Below are positions 1 to 12,235 of a DNA stretch of 64,000 nt, piece by piece; positions within the stretch are counted from its first letter, which is position 1, and the number at the start of each line of letters is the position of its first letter. The position numbers and the translations under genes were made by a program. The stretch comes from Torpedo marmorata. Taxonomy: Eukaryota. The DNA lies in NCBI GenBank assembly GCA_977017645.1, contig OZ360229.1, forward strand, positions 111,910,001 through 111,974,000, written 5' to 3'. The notes beneath the pieces are model-generated. The model was not told the DNA's origin. It ran no database searches and saw nothing but the letters and a program-made list of their open reading frames with translations.

Positions 1-556
1 AAGAAGGCTCGCCAGTGGCTATACTTTGTGAGGTGTCTGAGGAGATTCGGTATGTCACCGAAGACTCTCATAAACCTCTACAGGTGTACTGTGGAGAGCA
101 TTCTGGCTGGTTGCATCATTGCCTGGTATGGAGGCGTCAACTCTCAGGACAAGAATAAACTCCAGAGGGTTGTTAACTCAGCCTGTGACATCACAGGCAC
201 CAGACTTCACTCCATCGAGGACATCTACATGGGGTGGTGTCTTAAAAAAGCAGCCTCTATCATCAAAGATCCCCACCACCCAGGCCATGCCCTCTTCACT
301 CTGCTACCATCGGGAAGAAGGTACAGGAGCCTATAGATGAGCACTCAATGGCACAAGACCACTTCTTCCCCGCTGCCATCAGATTCCTAAATAATCAATG
401 AACCAAAAACACTGCCTTACTTTTCGTGCACTAATATTTATATTTTTTTTATAGTAATGTCGTAAGATAGTTATAATATGAATGTTTGCACTATGATGCT
501 GCCGCAAAACATCGAATTTCATGACTTGTTCATGACAATAAATTCTGATTCTGATT
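1..556 (+). mobile_element. 3' end of a Rex1/Babar-type non-LTR retrotransposon
   Basis: ORF 28-336 (LRRFGMSPKTLINLYRCTVESILAGCIIAWYG...IIKDPHHPGHALFTLLPSGRRYRSL) is the typical post-RT C-terminus; ends in CATGACAATAA plus an (ATTCTG)n tail. Confidence 0.8.
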
Positions 557-574
557 TGCCACTTCTTTTCCCAT

Positions 575-806
575 TCTCCTCACCTGTCCAAGTCACCTAT
601 CGCTGCAGCCTCTCCATTTCCTCCTCACTATTGTCCCTCCACGCATCTCTGTGCCATCTGCAAACTTAGCAACAAAGCCATTTATTCTGCAATCCAAATC
701 ATTAACATACAACGCAAAAAGAAGTGGCCCCAAAACCGACCCCTGCGGTACACCACTGGTAACACCAGTAGCCAACCAGAATAGGATCCCTTTATTCCCA
801 CTCACT
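575..806 (-). mobile_element. CR1-type LINE reverse transcriptase fragment
   Basis: ORF 593-805 contains VTSGVPQGSVLGPLLFALYVNDLD...VAKFAD. Confidence 0.8.
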
Positions 807-1694
807 AGCCCCTTTCACACTGGCACCTTGTCCTAGTAATTAACGGCTAATTTACCAGTTAAGGGTCCAGTGTGAACGTTCCAGAATCGGCACGCAGGCG
901 TTAAATCACACCGGAGTTGGACTGCCTAGGCCACTATTCTCATCCCCGGGGTCATCTGACGCCTACATGCCGATTAGCCCAGTGTGAAAAGGACACTTAC
1001 TATCCAGGGACAAAGTAGTGACGCGTTGATGACGTTTTTGTGTGAGTGCAGGAACATGAAGGACACAAAAGATTAAAAAGAAGGTATAAACTTTGCCGAC
1101 GTGTATAAACCTTTATAAATATCTAAAGGACCGTGGGAAAGTTGCAGCAGGAGGGAGAGAGAGAGAGAGCGATGGCGGACCTGCCCTCCCTGAATTCCGT
1201 GCGGCAGAGAAACCCCTCCATGAGTGCTCCATGCATACAGTCCTTTCTCTGCCGCACGGAATTCTGGGAGGGTAGGTCCGCCATCGCTCTTTCCTACGGT
1301 CTATATAAATTGTCTTCTATTGCCGCTACCACTTTCCCACGGTCCTTTATAAATTTATAAAGGTTTATATAGGTCGGCACATCAACAGGGGCTGAAGAGT
1401 TCATACTGTGCTGTACATAATGCTTAATTATGTTATAATTAGGCATGATTAATTTTGTTTAAATACAAGATTATACATTGATCAGGATTTAGGGCAGGTC
1501 CACCATCGCTCGATGCATCACTCAGACGTCACCGGTGGAGGATAGACTCGCCTATCCCCGGGGATGCCTTGTGATGAGTTTGAAAGGACGCAGAGAACCG
1601 GTTAACATTGGTCCAGTGTGAACGGCAAAAATGGCTTCCTTAACCGGGACACTGAACGACCAATTTACTGGTTAGCCAGTGTGTGAAAAGTGCT
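807..1694. mobile_element. Non-autonomous TIR DNA transposon, PIF/Harbinger-like, with internal palindrome
   Basis: Left end AGCCCCTTTCACACTGGC; right end reverse-complements to AGCACTTTTCACACACTGGC; internal CCAGTGTGAA repeats; no ORF. No clean TSD seen. Confidence 0.7.
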
Positions 1695-1734
1695 TCTATT
1701 TCCTGCCAAAATGTTGGAAAACTAAAGCAAAATA

Positions 1735-1892
1735 CAAAATGATGGAGGGTCAGCAGCACCCATGGAAGGAAATCAATAGTCAACTTTTTGGGCCATAATT
1801 CAAGATGAATGGTTACGGCCCGAAACATTGACTGTTTTTGCCTTCCAAGGATGCTGCCAGCCCCGCTGAGTTCCTCCAGCATTTTGTGTTGC
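1735..1892 (+). mobile_element. Short Penelope-like terminal fragment with degenerate hammerhead-like motif
   Basis: GATGAATGGTTACGGCCCGAAACATTGACTG followed by GGATGCTG...GCTGAGTTCCTCCAGCATTTTGTGT, as at the ends of the longer Penelope-like copies. Confidence 0.6.
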
Positions 1893-3131
1893 AGGAGTTG
1901 AGAAGTGGAATATTCACAGTCAGACAAGTGCCAAGCAACACTCATCAGCAGCAATTTTGAACTAAACTACTTCTGCTGTACCTTTGCTGGTAATGGTACT
2001 GCCAAATTCCCCATTGTGAATTCCCCTCATGTCGCAAATGACAAGAAACTTAAACTGGAAAAACAAGATTATATCTTTGCAATTGGAAAGAGTTGAATTG
2101 CCAAATCAGAGTGGTAGAAAATGTGTAATATTTTAACCTTTAGTTTTCCCATTCACAGAATGAATTTTGTGACACATGTTCATGACAATAAATTCTGATT
2201 CTGATTCATGGCATGACAGCTATATAAAAAAAATTGGGGCTCTGTCAAATATCAGAAGAACACCAAGAACAAATGGGGTTAAAAATCATCCAATTCAATC
2301 TGTGATCTCATAACCTGTGCATATTGAACTCATTTTAATTTGTGACTTACACCACATAGATTAGCAGTTTTATATGCTAGGCCACAGTGAAGCTAATGCC
2401 CACTTGTTTACCTTAAATAATATTTCCATGAAAATTATAACATTTCTCCAGAGTTAGTCAAGCACATAGTTTTTGAATAGTTTAACCGAATATAACTTCT
2501 TTCCCAATTGATGAACTGTACCAAGAGTGACTGATCTACCCATTGTTCTTTGTTGAAGTAAATGGAAGATGAATTTCAAAAGTGAATTTCAAGTGCATTT
2601 GTTATGAATCATAAATTTAACATGTACAAGTCAAAGAATTGCTCACAACGATTTTATGCAAATCACGATAAATGAGAAGAATCACTTTAAAGCTGAGCCG
2701 AGAAAATAAAACAAGCGAAAAGTAGCCTTGATCTTCAAATATAATCTTATGCAGTGTGGATTAAAATGCAAAGGTGTCTTTCTTTGTTATCATTCTACCA
2801 GCCAAAGATTTCAGACTAAATCCTCTCATATCCTTGAGACCTGGTCTTGCAATTGCTTTGGCCCATCAGCAAATTATCTCAGCGGAATGATTGTAACTCC
2901 CATTGTCATCAGCAGACTTCAAAAGGAAAATGTATCCAAAAGATCTTTTCCACAAAATTCTTGTATTTTGCAAGAACCAAAACATCTTCAGTTATCTCAA
3001 TGATCTTGTGGCTTTGTAAGATGGAAATTTTAGCACACAAATATGACAAAAATATTCTTGCCAATGGAAAGTTCAGTGAGATAACTTTACAGAATTCCAG
3101 TTTCAAGTTGATGCACCAGCTTAATAATATA

Positions 3132-3580
3132 CAGTAAAATTCCTGTTATCCGGCATTCAAGCAACTGGAAACCTCAAGCAACCAGCAAAAAAAAAATTGC
3201 AGAAAATAAATGGGTAAAAAATACAGAAGTTTAAAATTGGCGTGCCTTGGTTCTCCATTCACACAACATGCAGTCTCAAGCAACCAGAAAACCTACAGCA
3301 CCAATAGCCTGAATACAACTGGGATTGTCTGATCTCAGAAGCTAAGCAGGCACAGGACTGGTCAGTACTTGGAGGGGAGACCGCCAAGGAATACCAGGTG
3401 CTGTAAGTTTCTGTGAGGGGCGCTGGACAAAGTCTGCCTTACGGTAGACAAAAATTAAAGAATTTCATGTATGTTACATTCTAAATGTAGTATTACATGA
3501 CAATAATGGAACCTTTACCTTTACCTACTTATCCGGCATCAACCAATCCCCGTAGGTGCCAGATACCAGGGGTTTTACTG
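3132..3580. mobile_element. Tc1/mariner (Tigger/pogo-like) MITE, interrupted by a SINE
   Basis: TIRs CAGTAAAATTCCTGTTATCCGGCA / TGCCAGATACCAGGGGTTTTACTG, flanked by TA at 3130-3131 and 3581-3582. Confidence 0.8.
3291..3527 (+). mobile_element. 5S rRNA-derived SINE (SINE3)
   Basis: About 120-nt head resembling 5S rRNA (GTCTGATCTCAGAAGCTAAGCAGG...TGGTCAGTACTTGGAGGGGAGACCGCCAAGGAATACCAGGTGCTGTAAG), then a non-5S body and an (ACCTTT)n tail; second copy at 53224-53458. Confidence 0.85.
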
Positions 3581-4844
3581 TATTTCTTTTTTGCCTTTTA
3601 TCCAGAACAGAGGATCCATTCAGGTTACATGCATGTTGTCATCATCAGGGATCCTGGACCATGATTCTTCATGCAGACCTTAATAGTCAGCGGTGACAGA
3701 CATCGCCAGAGCAGAATCACGTCCCTTCCTCACACCACCCATCAGACCTGCTCACGTACCAGCTGGGTAATCTGGAGCCTGAATATGCCACCATTTGTCC
3801 ATTTCATCAACCATGTAACCAACAGCAGTGGCTTTCTCCATGCAGAGAGGCAACCAAACATGGGACATTTTACTCTGTGCAGCCTTCTCCACACAGCACG
3901 ACAGCTTATATACAAGTCCTCTACAAAAACTTAACATATACTTGTTCACCAGGACAGTTTAGCACACAGTTCACAAATGTACAAATCTAATTGAAATAAC
4001 TTTCTTCCTCATGGACTGATTATACCCGACACAAGTTTTTCTGCAGCACAACCATGATATATTACAGTGCAGGTGGAGGAGGCCGATTGGCCCATCTGAC
4101 TGGGGTTAGCTCTGCTGGAGAAATTCAAAACCAATGCTATTTCTCTTGGTTGTCGAAAATGATGCATTGATTTTTTTTTTCCATTGCCACATTTGCAGAT
4201 AATCCACGCAAAATATGAAAGGCAAGTGGTGTGCTATACCATGCGGCAGCTGGGAGTACAAGGATAAGGATGCCTGCAACAATTTGCATTGGCTTCAATG
4301 TTCAGATGGCAATTGCAAGATGTTCTGCTTCATTATGAAGGCCACTTTTGTGACACTTCTAAAAAGTTAATGTCAGTAATATTTAAGGCCACTGAGGAAC
4401 TTAAACCAACAAAATGATAAGAAGGAGTTATATTACTTCCATTATATTTTTGCATAAAAGTAGCAGAGGAACTGTCATGTTGTAGTTGGAGGAGATTGAT
4501 GAGAAGCATACGATGATAAAAAGGTACCCTAATTATGTAAAGAGATACAAGCTAGAGAATTCCACTGGAACAAAAAAGGACAATGAGGAGCTTTAATATT
4601 AGTATTCAAATTATGACAGGTTTTGATAAATTAGATAAGGAGAACATATTTATAAATATTCACATGAATGTGTAGGGAATAGAGCTACACATATCGTGTG
4701 CATGCAGCAGAGCTTCAGTTTAATTCGAGCATCATGTTCAGCACAGACATCATGGGCTGAAGGGTCTATTCCTGTGCTGCATTGTTCGAGGTTCGATATT
4801 TCGACTTGCATTATGGTAGAAAAAAAAAGGTGGCTCTGTGAGAG

Positions 4845-5646
4845 CTGCTGTAAAGGCAGTGCTGCTGCTGAGCTAGGAGAGTGGGAAGTGGAGACACAGC
4901 GCCGCTCCGCAGGATCCTACTGCCTGGTTGTGATGCTGACAGCTCCATACAGGCTTTAAAAGGCATGTTAAAGGAGCCGACTATGTTTTTTTAAAAAAAC
5001 ATTCTGTAACTATGGAGGCCTGTGCCCAAGATGATGGTACCTGAGCTGGGCAGCGTACCACGGGGGGGGGTGGGGTTGAAGACTCCGGGGGAGCGGACGA
5101 CCAGTGCAGAGCACCAGACACGAGGATAACACTCCCAGTTCAGAAGAAAAAGCCTGGGAAATGACCCCACAGGGAAGGTGATCAGTGAGGGGCTCAGCGG
5201 CTGAAGGACCCACACAGGCAGCATGCTGTTGCCGTTTGAAGGACTTACACAGGCTGTAGGCGACTTGCGGTCGCGTGCTGCTGGAGACTGGCTCATGGGA
5301 ACCAGGTATCAGACCAGCGATTTGAGAGGGTGCTGAGGGCAAGATGGGCTCCCGAAGGGTGTGCGGTGATGGCTTCCTGACCATATCGGAGGTTTAGATC
5401 TGGAGCTCGGGTTGCCAATGGTTTGTGAAGTTGCAGAGGCTGAGGGAGTGCTGGAGGCAAAGGTATGGGCACTCAATGTCTCTGAAGGGACTCTCTTTTG
5501 CTTCTCTTTCTCTTATTGTTAGGGGCACCAGGCAATGCTAATGGCAAATCTTTGTTTGCCTTATGGCAGGCAAATGTTGAAGTATATCATGTATAATACA
5601 TTTGTTGTATTATTACGTGACAATAAAAGGAATCTTGAATCTTGAA
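4845..5646 (+). mobile_element. Unclassified non-autonomous retroposon with LINE-like 3' tail
   Basis: GC-richer non-coding block ending TGCCTTATGGCAGGCAAA...TATTACGTGACAATAAAAGG and (AATCTTG)n, paralleling the SINE3 3' end. Left boundary approximate. Confidence 0.55.
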
Positions 5647-6057
5647 GACCTAATGGGCTCCGAGTGAAGACAATTGGCAAAAAAGAAAGAGAAAAAAGCA
5701 GAAAATATTATTAAATATTTTATTTGGATCAAGAACACATTGCTTGAATGAGGGGAATTGGATATGGGCTTGAAAACAAATTAAAAGCAAACAATGGGGA
5801 AATGAAGAGGAGTTGGAATCATTGCATAACTCTTTCATGTATTCTTCAAGAATGCTTTGGAACAAACAGCACAACGACTACCTCCCTTCAAAGTGTCATG
5901 CTGCAGGATGAACTGAAATTTCCTTCAACTCAATATTCAAACAAAAGTATCATTATCCAGCTCTGGCACAAAATTTGCTTCCTAACCGCCAACTCCATCT
6001 CCTTCCTCAATCAGATATTTTGCATAACATTTGGTGCCAAGATGAGTTCCTGACCAT

Positions 6058-6317
6058 ACACAGTTAGCGTAGCAGTTAGCGCAATTCTGTTACAGCGCCA
6101 GCGGCCGGGACCCGGGTTCGAATCCCACATTGAATGTAAGGAGTTTGTACGTTCTTCCCCCCATGCCTGCGTGGGTTTCCTCCAGGTGCTCCAGTTTCCT
6201 CCCTCCATTTAAAAATGTACCGGGGGTGTTGGTCAATTAGGTGTATTTGGGCAGCACGTGCTTGTGGGCCAAAAGGGCTTGTTACCATGCTGTATGTCTA
6301 AATTTAATAAAATTAAA
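6058..6317 (+). mobile_element. tRNA-derived SINE with V-domain core
   Basis: A-box-like TAGCGTAGCAGTTAGCGC, B box GGTTCGAATCC, core GTGGGTTTCCTCCAGGTGCTCCAGTTTCCTCCC, TAAATT-type tail. Confidence 0.85.
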
Positions 6318-8562
6318 CATTTAGGTAATTACGAAGATTACCTGTTGACCTTTCTGTAACATTGACTCACCTCAGCAAATACCAACTCTCTTGCTAAGCG
6401 TTGGCTGCCTACAAAACTTCATTATTCCATTGCATTTCTTGGGAGCCTCAATTGTATGTTCTCTCAGTTAGGCAACACTTACTATTTAAAATTGTACTCT
6501 TACATTTAACATTCCTTCAAGGTTTCCTTATCCACATAGCTTCCTCCGGCTGAAAAACCTCGAGAATATCCATGATCTGAACTCGAGCATTCTCAAGGAT
6601 AGATTATATTTGCATAATTACTAGTTACTGTGTCTTCAGCAGCAGAGACACCAAGTTCTGAAATTTCCGCCCTCAATGTTTCCATTGTCCTAGATTGTCT
6701 TTAGCTTCGATTCTGCTCCTTAGAACCCATTTATATGAGGCTCCACCCTAACATCTAAGGTTTAAGATTATTTAAAGAGAAGCATTATTAAATAAAATTA
6801 ATTATCACATAGATCTGCTTGAAATGTGTTAAGTGAACAAAATAATTCCAATGTAAAAGGAATACAGTCTCAGGGGAAAAAAATAACAGAAACAGATTCA
6901 GGACAAATTTGTAGAGAGAAATAGATAAGGTTTCAGAAAATTGTAAAACAGTACAAGAAGATGTGGTGAGATTAAATGGGCACTATTTTCATGGAATTGA
7001 GACAGGTGAGAAGAATTGAATGGCCCCTATCCAAACAGAAAAATTACGAAGTTAGATTCCAACTGCTTCATGTCTTTTTAAATAATGCTGGCACTTAACG
7101 CAGCATTGGTTCTAACATTCAATGAAAAGCCAGACAGATTAAGTTTTCAAATGGAACACAAAACCTACTGACCACTGCATTTCTAATGTGGTGAACATAT
7201 AAACACTGCTTGCCTGGAGTGATTGATAACTTGCTTAGTACCCAGAGCAGCTTAAAACCAAAGGATTATTTAATTCCTTTCCTTACACATAAAAGGGACT
7301 ACACACTTTCTTTCACTGTCTTTAATGATGGTATCTAACCCACAGCATAATCATTTGCTCATGAAGTTGCCAGTTATATTAGACTACTGGAGCATAATTT
7401 AACCAACAGTAAAAGCACAAGGGAATTTCACTTCCAACACACACAGACACACAGATTGCAGATATTTGGACACCATATTCTTTGTCTGGTGTGCAGTCCT
7501 TTAGATGATGAACAATTCATCAACTGAAAATAAAGCATACAAACAATATTGCCACTTTGATAGTTTTTATTTCCCTTTGCACAAAATGTTTTATGGTTTG
7601 CCCACGAGCATCAAATCATTAGTTCTATTGGGTACTGCAGTTAAATATCCCGAGATGCTTTTGTCAAAGAAACACTGCAGATGTTGCACTGTCAGATTGT
7701 CAATGATTATCGCATGAGAGATCACGACACTTCCAAGTAACCGTATCTGTCGTTATCGTATGCAATTTGCAGCTCCCCGTCAGTTACAATCACTGCACTG
7801 GGTTTCTGAATGCTATTTGGAAGCAAATCTTCTGTTCATAAGACAGGAGGTTACTACCTTCCATCTTCATTTCCTCTGACAGCCCACAGGCCTTAGAATC
7901 CATAAGCCTTGTATCTGCTTCATTTCTCTCAATCTTATGAGCTTGGATATAAAACTTTGTATCCTCAGCTCAGGCTCTCAATGACTTCTCCTCACAGTTC
8001 TTAAAATAGTCATTGCACAGAGCTCCAAACCTATTGTAACCAATTTTCCTTTCTACAAACATTTGGGGTAAAAGAATGCATCAACTAAAATGTACTTATT
8101 CTTCACCTCATTTATTTCAATCAATGCAAACCCCAGTACATCATTTGCCCTGCAGACATTTTCTAATCCCCACCAGCCTTCCCCATCTCCCACAGATTTG
8201 AAATCCTGAGCGACACCGTCCATGTGCAAAATAATTCTGATTGCCCACAAAGATCAAAGTCACAAATATCAAGTAGACAATGCAAAATGTTTAACAAGTT
8301 ACTTTTACCAAATCCTCGATGGATCGTGAAAAGTAACATTATCTACATGTTCAAATATATCCAGACATGATTATGTTTCCTTTGTGAAAGACATTAACTC
8401 CACTCTGAGTAAACTAAGACTTGCCCCAGGGTTATACTGATGCTGTCAGAATTATTCATTGTTAATTAATTTTCAAGAGATACTCCTGGCCTTTTGTCAT
8501 TATAACAGACATGTATACAAGATAGTATGACACCATTCAGAAGATGCACACAAAGGATCTGT

Positions 8563-8900
8563 AGGGTATCACAGTGGCACAACTGTTGTCTCACAGCTAG
8601 AAAGATGTGGGTTCAGTCTGGATCTCTGGTGCAGCCAGTGTTGAATTTGCACGTTTTCCCCACATTACCGTGTGGCTTCCTCCTGGCACTGTTTCCTCCC
8701 ACATTCCAAAGATGTGCAGGTGGCAGATTAATTGGCAACTGCAAATTTCTCCATCATGTGCAGTTGAGTGGGAGAATTTGTGGGATGCAATGAGAATGTG
8801 GTGAGAATAAAATAAAATGTGTGCAGGATTAGTGTCAATGGGTACCTGGTCGTCAATATGGACTCACAGGTTCTAAAGGATTGTTTTTTGTGATGTTCAT
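8563..8900 (+). mobile_element. Older, diverged V-domain SINE
   Basis: TTGAATTTGCACGTTTTCCCC...GTGTGGCTTCCTCCTGGCACTGTTTCCTCCCACATTCCAAAGATGTGCAGG resembles the V-SINE core. Confidence 0.6.
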
Positions 8901-8959
8901 CTCCATAGTCTGAATCGGTTGAAAATTATCTCCTTCATTACATCATGACTGAATAACTA

Positions 8960-9932
8960 CCGTATATTTCGGCGTATAAGTCGACCGGCAGATAAGTCGA
9001 CCCCCCTTTTTCAGCCTCATTTTAATGGTTTTATGGTATATCCGGCGTATAAGTCGACCCCAAAAATCGCGATGCCTGAGATGTTGCGCATTGACCGGCG
9101 TATAAGTCGACCCCCAATTTTCAGGCTGTCTGGGCCTCCCAGCAACAACCCAAAATTTGTTACAACATCCCAATCGCCAAGTAACAAAGTTGTAAATTAA
9201 GCAAGTACCGGTAAGTAAAAAAAACAGTAAAAAAAACCTTTGCTTCTGGCCGGGAAGATGCAGGTGCGGCGACGTCTTTCTCCTGAGCAGGTGCGGGGAG
9301 CGCGTTCTCCCGAGCAGGAGCGGGGACGTCTTTCTCCCGGGCAGGTGCGGGGACTCGTTCTCCCGAGCAGGAGCGGGGAGCTCGTTCTCCCGAGCAGGAG
9401 CGGGGAGCTCGTTCTCCCGAGCAGGAGCGGGGACTCGTTCTCCCGAGCAGGAGCGGGGAGCTCGTTCTCCTGAGCAGGAGCGGGGAGCTCGTTCTCCCGA
9501 GCAGGAGCGGGGACTCGTTCTCCCGAGCAGGAGCGGGGACGTCTTTCTCCCGGGCAGGAGCGGGGACTCGATCTCCCGGGCAGGAGCGGCGACCTCGTTC
9601 TCCCGGGTAGGAGCGGGGACCTCGGGCTCTACAATTGTAGAATGTCTGGGTGGTTTATGGCGGCGCCCGGCGGTGGGGAGGTGTCGGGGAGCGGCGGCGC
9701 CGGCGGTGGGGAGGTGCTTCCAGGGTCGACCTATACGCCGAATCGTGTTTTCAGGGGTCGACTTATACGCCGAATCGTGTTTTCAGGGGTCGACTTATAC
9801 GCCGAATCGGCGTGAACTCGATTTTGAGCTGATTTTAAGGTCTCAAAAGTATATCCGGCGTATAAGTCGACCCCCGTTTTTTGAGACATTTTTGAGGGTT
9901 TCAAGGGTCGACTTATACGCCGAAATATACGG
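8960..9932. mobile_element. Tc1/mariner (pogo-like) non-autonomous DNA transposon
   Basis: Perfect TIR CCGTATATTTCGGCGTATAAGTCGAC at both ends; TA at 8958-8959 and 9933-9934; CpGs largely intact, suggesting it is young. Confidence 0.9.
9258..9625. repeat. GC-rich minisatellite, 26-27-bp unit (GAGCTCGTTCTCCCGAGCAGGAGCGGG), roughly 13 copies
   Basis: Directly visible tandem array inside the pogo-like element. Confidence 0.95.
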
Positions 9933-10254
9933 TATTTTGTTATTCTTTTAATTTCATTAATTTTCCCATTTTGTACTTTGCCTTCCAAAGCCTAATTACC
10001 CAAGGCTGCATTAGTGTTTTCTTTGCTAAAATGTTAAATAGATCATCTTCTGAATGGACATCTATTTCTATCAGAAAGTTTGAAATTAAATAATTAATTC
10101 ATTTCAATGCAAAGGGAGGTGCATACAAAGTGTAAAATCAAGGACTGATCTCTTCCCTAAACAAAAATCCTACATGACGAAAATCTGTCTCTGAGTGTTT
10201 ATGCTGGACAGAGTCCAAAGGAGATTCTCTGGGATGTTGCCTGGATTGGAAGAC

Positions 10255-10501
10255 TTTAAATTTCGACATACAGCACGGTAACAGGCCATTTCAGCCCATG
10301 AGTCCGTGCCGCCCAATTTACACCTAATTAATCCCCGGTACGTTTTGAACGGTGGGAGGAAACTGGAGCCCCCGGGGAAAACCCATGCAGACACGGGGAG
10401 AACGTACAAACTCCTTACAGACAGCACTTGATTCGAACCCCGGTCCCAATCGCTGGCGCTGTAAAGGCGTTGCGCTAACCGCTACGCCAACCGTGCCGCC
10501 C
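10255..10501 (-). mobile_element. tRNA-derived V-domain SINE inserted in a CR1 remnant
   Basis: Reverse-complement homologue of 6058-6317 with B box GGTTCGAATC; TAAATTT on both flanks. Confidence 0.85.
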
Positions 10502-10789
10502 ATAAATTTAGTTATAGGAAGGGATTGGGAAGACTGGGATCCTCATTCCTGGAGAGCTGTGATCTACTTAAATTATACACAGGTGATGAGAGGCAGAGAG
10601 TAGAAATGGCATGGGATATCAGAAACAAGAGAGCATAGGATTAAGGGGAGAGGAAAGAATTTTTTAAAGAGACATTAAGGGTAAGTGCTTATTTTCTTCC
10701 CTCTCCACCTCATCCCACCTCCAGGCACCCACATGATTGTTGTCTGGAACATGCTGCCAGAGGAGGCTGGTGGCGAGAGTTACTCACAT

Positions 10790-12082
10790 CCACAGTGATG
10801 GTGTTTTTAGAGGCTGGTGTTGAAGGATATCAGCTTCCATCTGAGCGGCGACATGGAGCCATTCCAATTTGCCCACCGTAGCAATAGGTCTATGGCAGAT
10901 GCCATCTCACTGGCTCTACACTAAACCTTGGAATAGCTGGACAGCAAAGATGCAAATATCAGGATGCTCTTTTTTGACTACAGTTCGGCATTCAACACCA
11001 TTATCCCCTCAAAGCTATTCAGCAAACTCCTAGACCTGGGCCTCAATCCCTCACTGTGCAATTGGATACTAGATTTCCTCACCTCCAGACCCCACTTTGT
11101 GCAGATTAGCAAGAATGTCTCTTCCACAATCTCTATCAGCACCGGAGAACCACAGGGCTGCATACTTAGCCCGCTGCTCTCATGGCTTTACACCCATGAT
11201 TGTGGGGCTTGGTACGACAGCTACACTGTTTACAAATTTGCTGACAATATCACAGTGGTGCACTGTATAAAAAGGGGTGATGAGTCAGCATGCAGGAGGG
11301 AATTGAAAATTTGGCTGACAACAACCTCAATGTCATCAAGGCAAAGGAGCTGATTGTAGACTTCAGGAAAGGAAAACAAGAAACCAGAAGTGTACAATCC
11401 ATTGATTATTGGGGGATCAGAGGTGGAGAGAATGAGCAAATTTAACTTCCTGGGAGTCATTATCTCGCAGGACATTTCTTGGACCCAACATACTAATGTC
11501 ATTGTGAAGGAAGCATGTCAGCACTTTTACTTCCTCAGGAGTTTGCAGAGGTTTGGTATGGAAACTTCGACAGATGTGCAGTGGAAAGTGTGCTGATCGG
11601 CTGCATAATGGCCTGGTATGGGGGCACCAATACATCTGAGTGGAAAGCCCAGCAAAAATAGTGGACACAGCCCAGTATATCACAGACAAAACTCTCCCCA
11701 CCATCGAGAATATCTATCTGAAACGCTGTTGTCAGGAGCAGCAGTAATTATCAAGGATCCACACCACCCAGGACATGCACTGTATTCTGAACGGTTGCTA
11801 CCCATCAACCATCAGCCTCCTAAACAACAGACTCAATCAAAGACTCATTTAAGGACTCTTACTTTGCACATTATTTATTACGTATATTTAATTTTTCTGT
11901 ATTGCACAGTTTGTTTACATTTCTCTCTTTTGTACACATACTGTATCTTTCTTCTTCAGTACAGTTTACAGTTACCAGTAAGTAGAAATTCTGCCTGGCC
12001 ACTGGGAAAAATAATCTCAGGGTTGTATGTGATGTCATGTTCTTATATACTCTGACAAAAAATTGAAATTTGAAGCTTTTGA
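10790..12082 (+). mobile_element. Rex1/Babar-type LINE, 5'-truncated, degenerate RT and 3' end
   Basis: [18 protein letters not shown]...[14 protein letters not shown]...KFADN; FNFLGVIISQDISW; IIKDPHHPGHAL; (AAATTTG)-like tail; frameshifts and stops. Confidence 0.85.
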
Positions 12083-12235
12083 ACTTTTTCATGGTGGTGG
12101 AAATCAGATCCAATTACTATTTTAAGAGGCCTTTGAACAAGCAAGGCTCAGAAAGATACAAGGCAAATGGAATCAGTGTTCGTAACCAAAAAAGTCAGTA
12201 CAGACATGCTTGACTGCACAACTCTGTCTTATGAA

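Noticed and set aside
2560-3120. Possible decayed transposase or exon
   Set aside because: No convincing motif in any listed ORF.
3291-3410. Functional 5S rRNA gene (also 53224-53335)
   Set aside because: Diverged from 5S, not in an array, fused to a shared SINE body and tail, and inserted inside a MITE.
6058-6135. tRNA gene
   Set aside because: The A/B boxes belong to a multi-copy SINE head; no complete cloverleaf.
9240-9625. CRISPR-like array or repeat protein ORF
   Set aside because: Units are contiguous with no unique spacers, the context is eukaryotic, and the ORF is a by-product of a GC-rich minisatellite.
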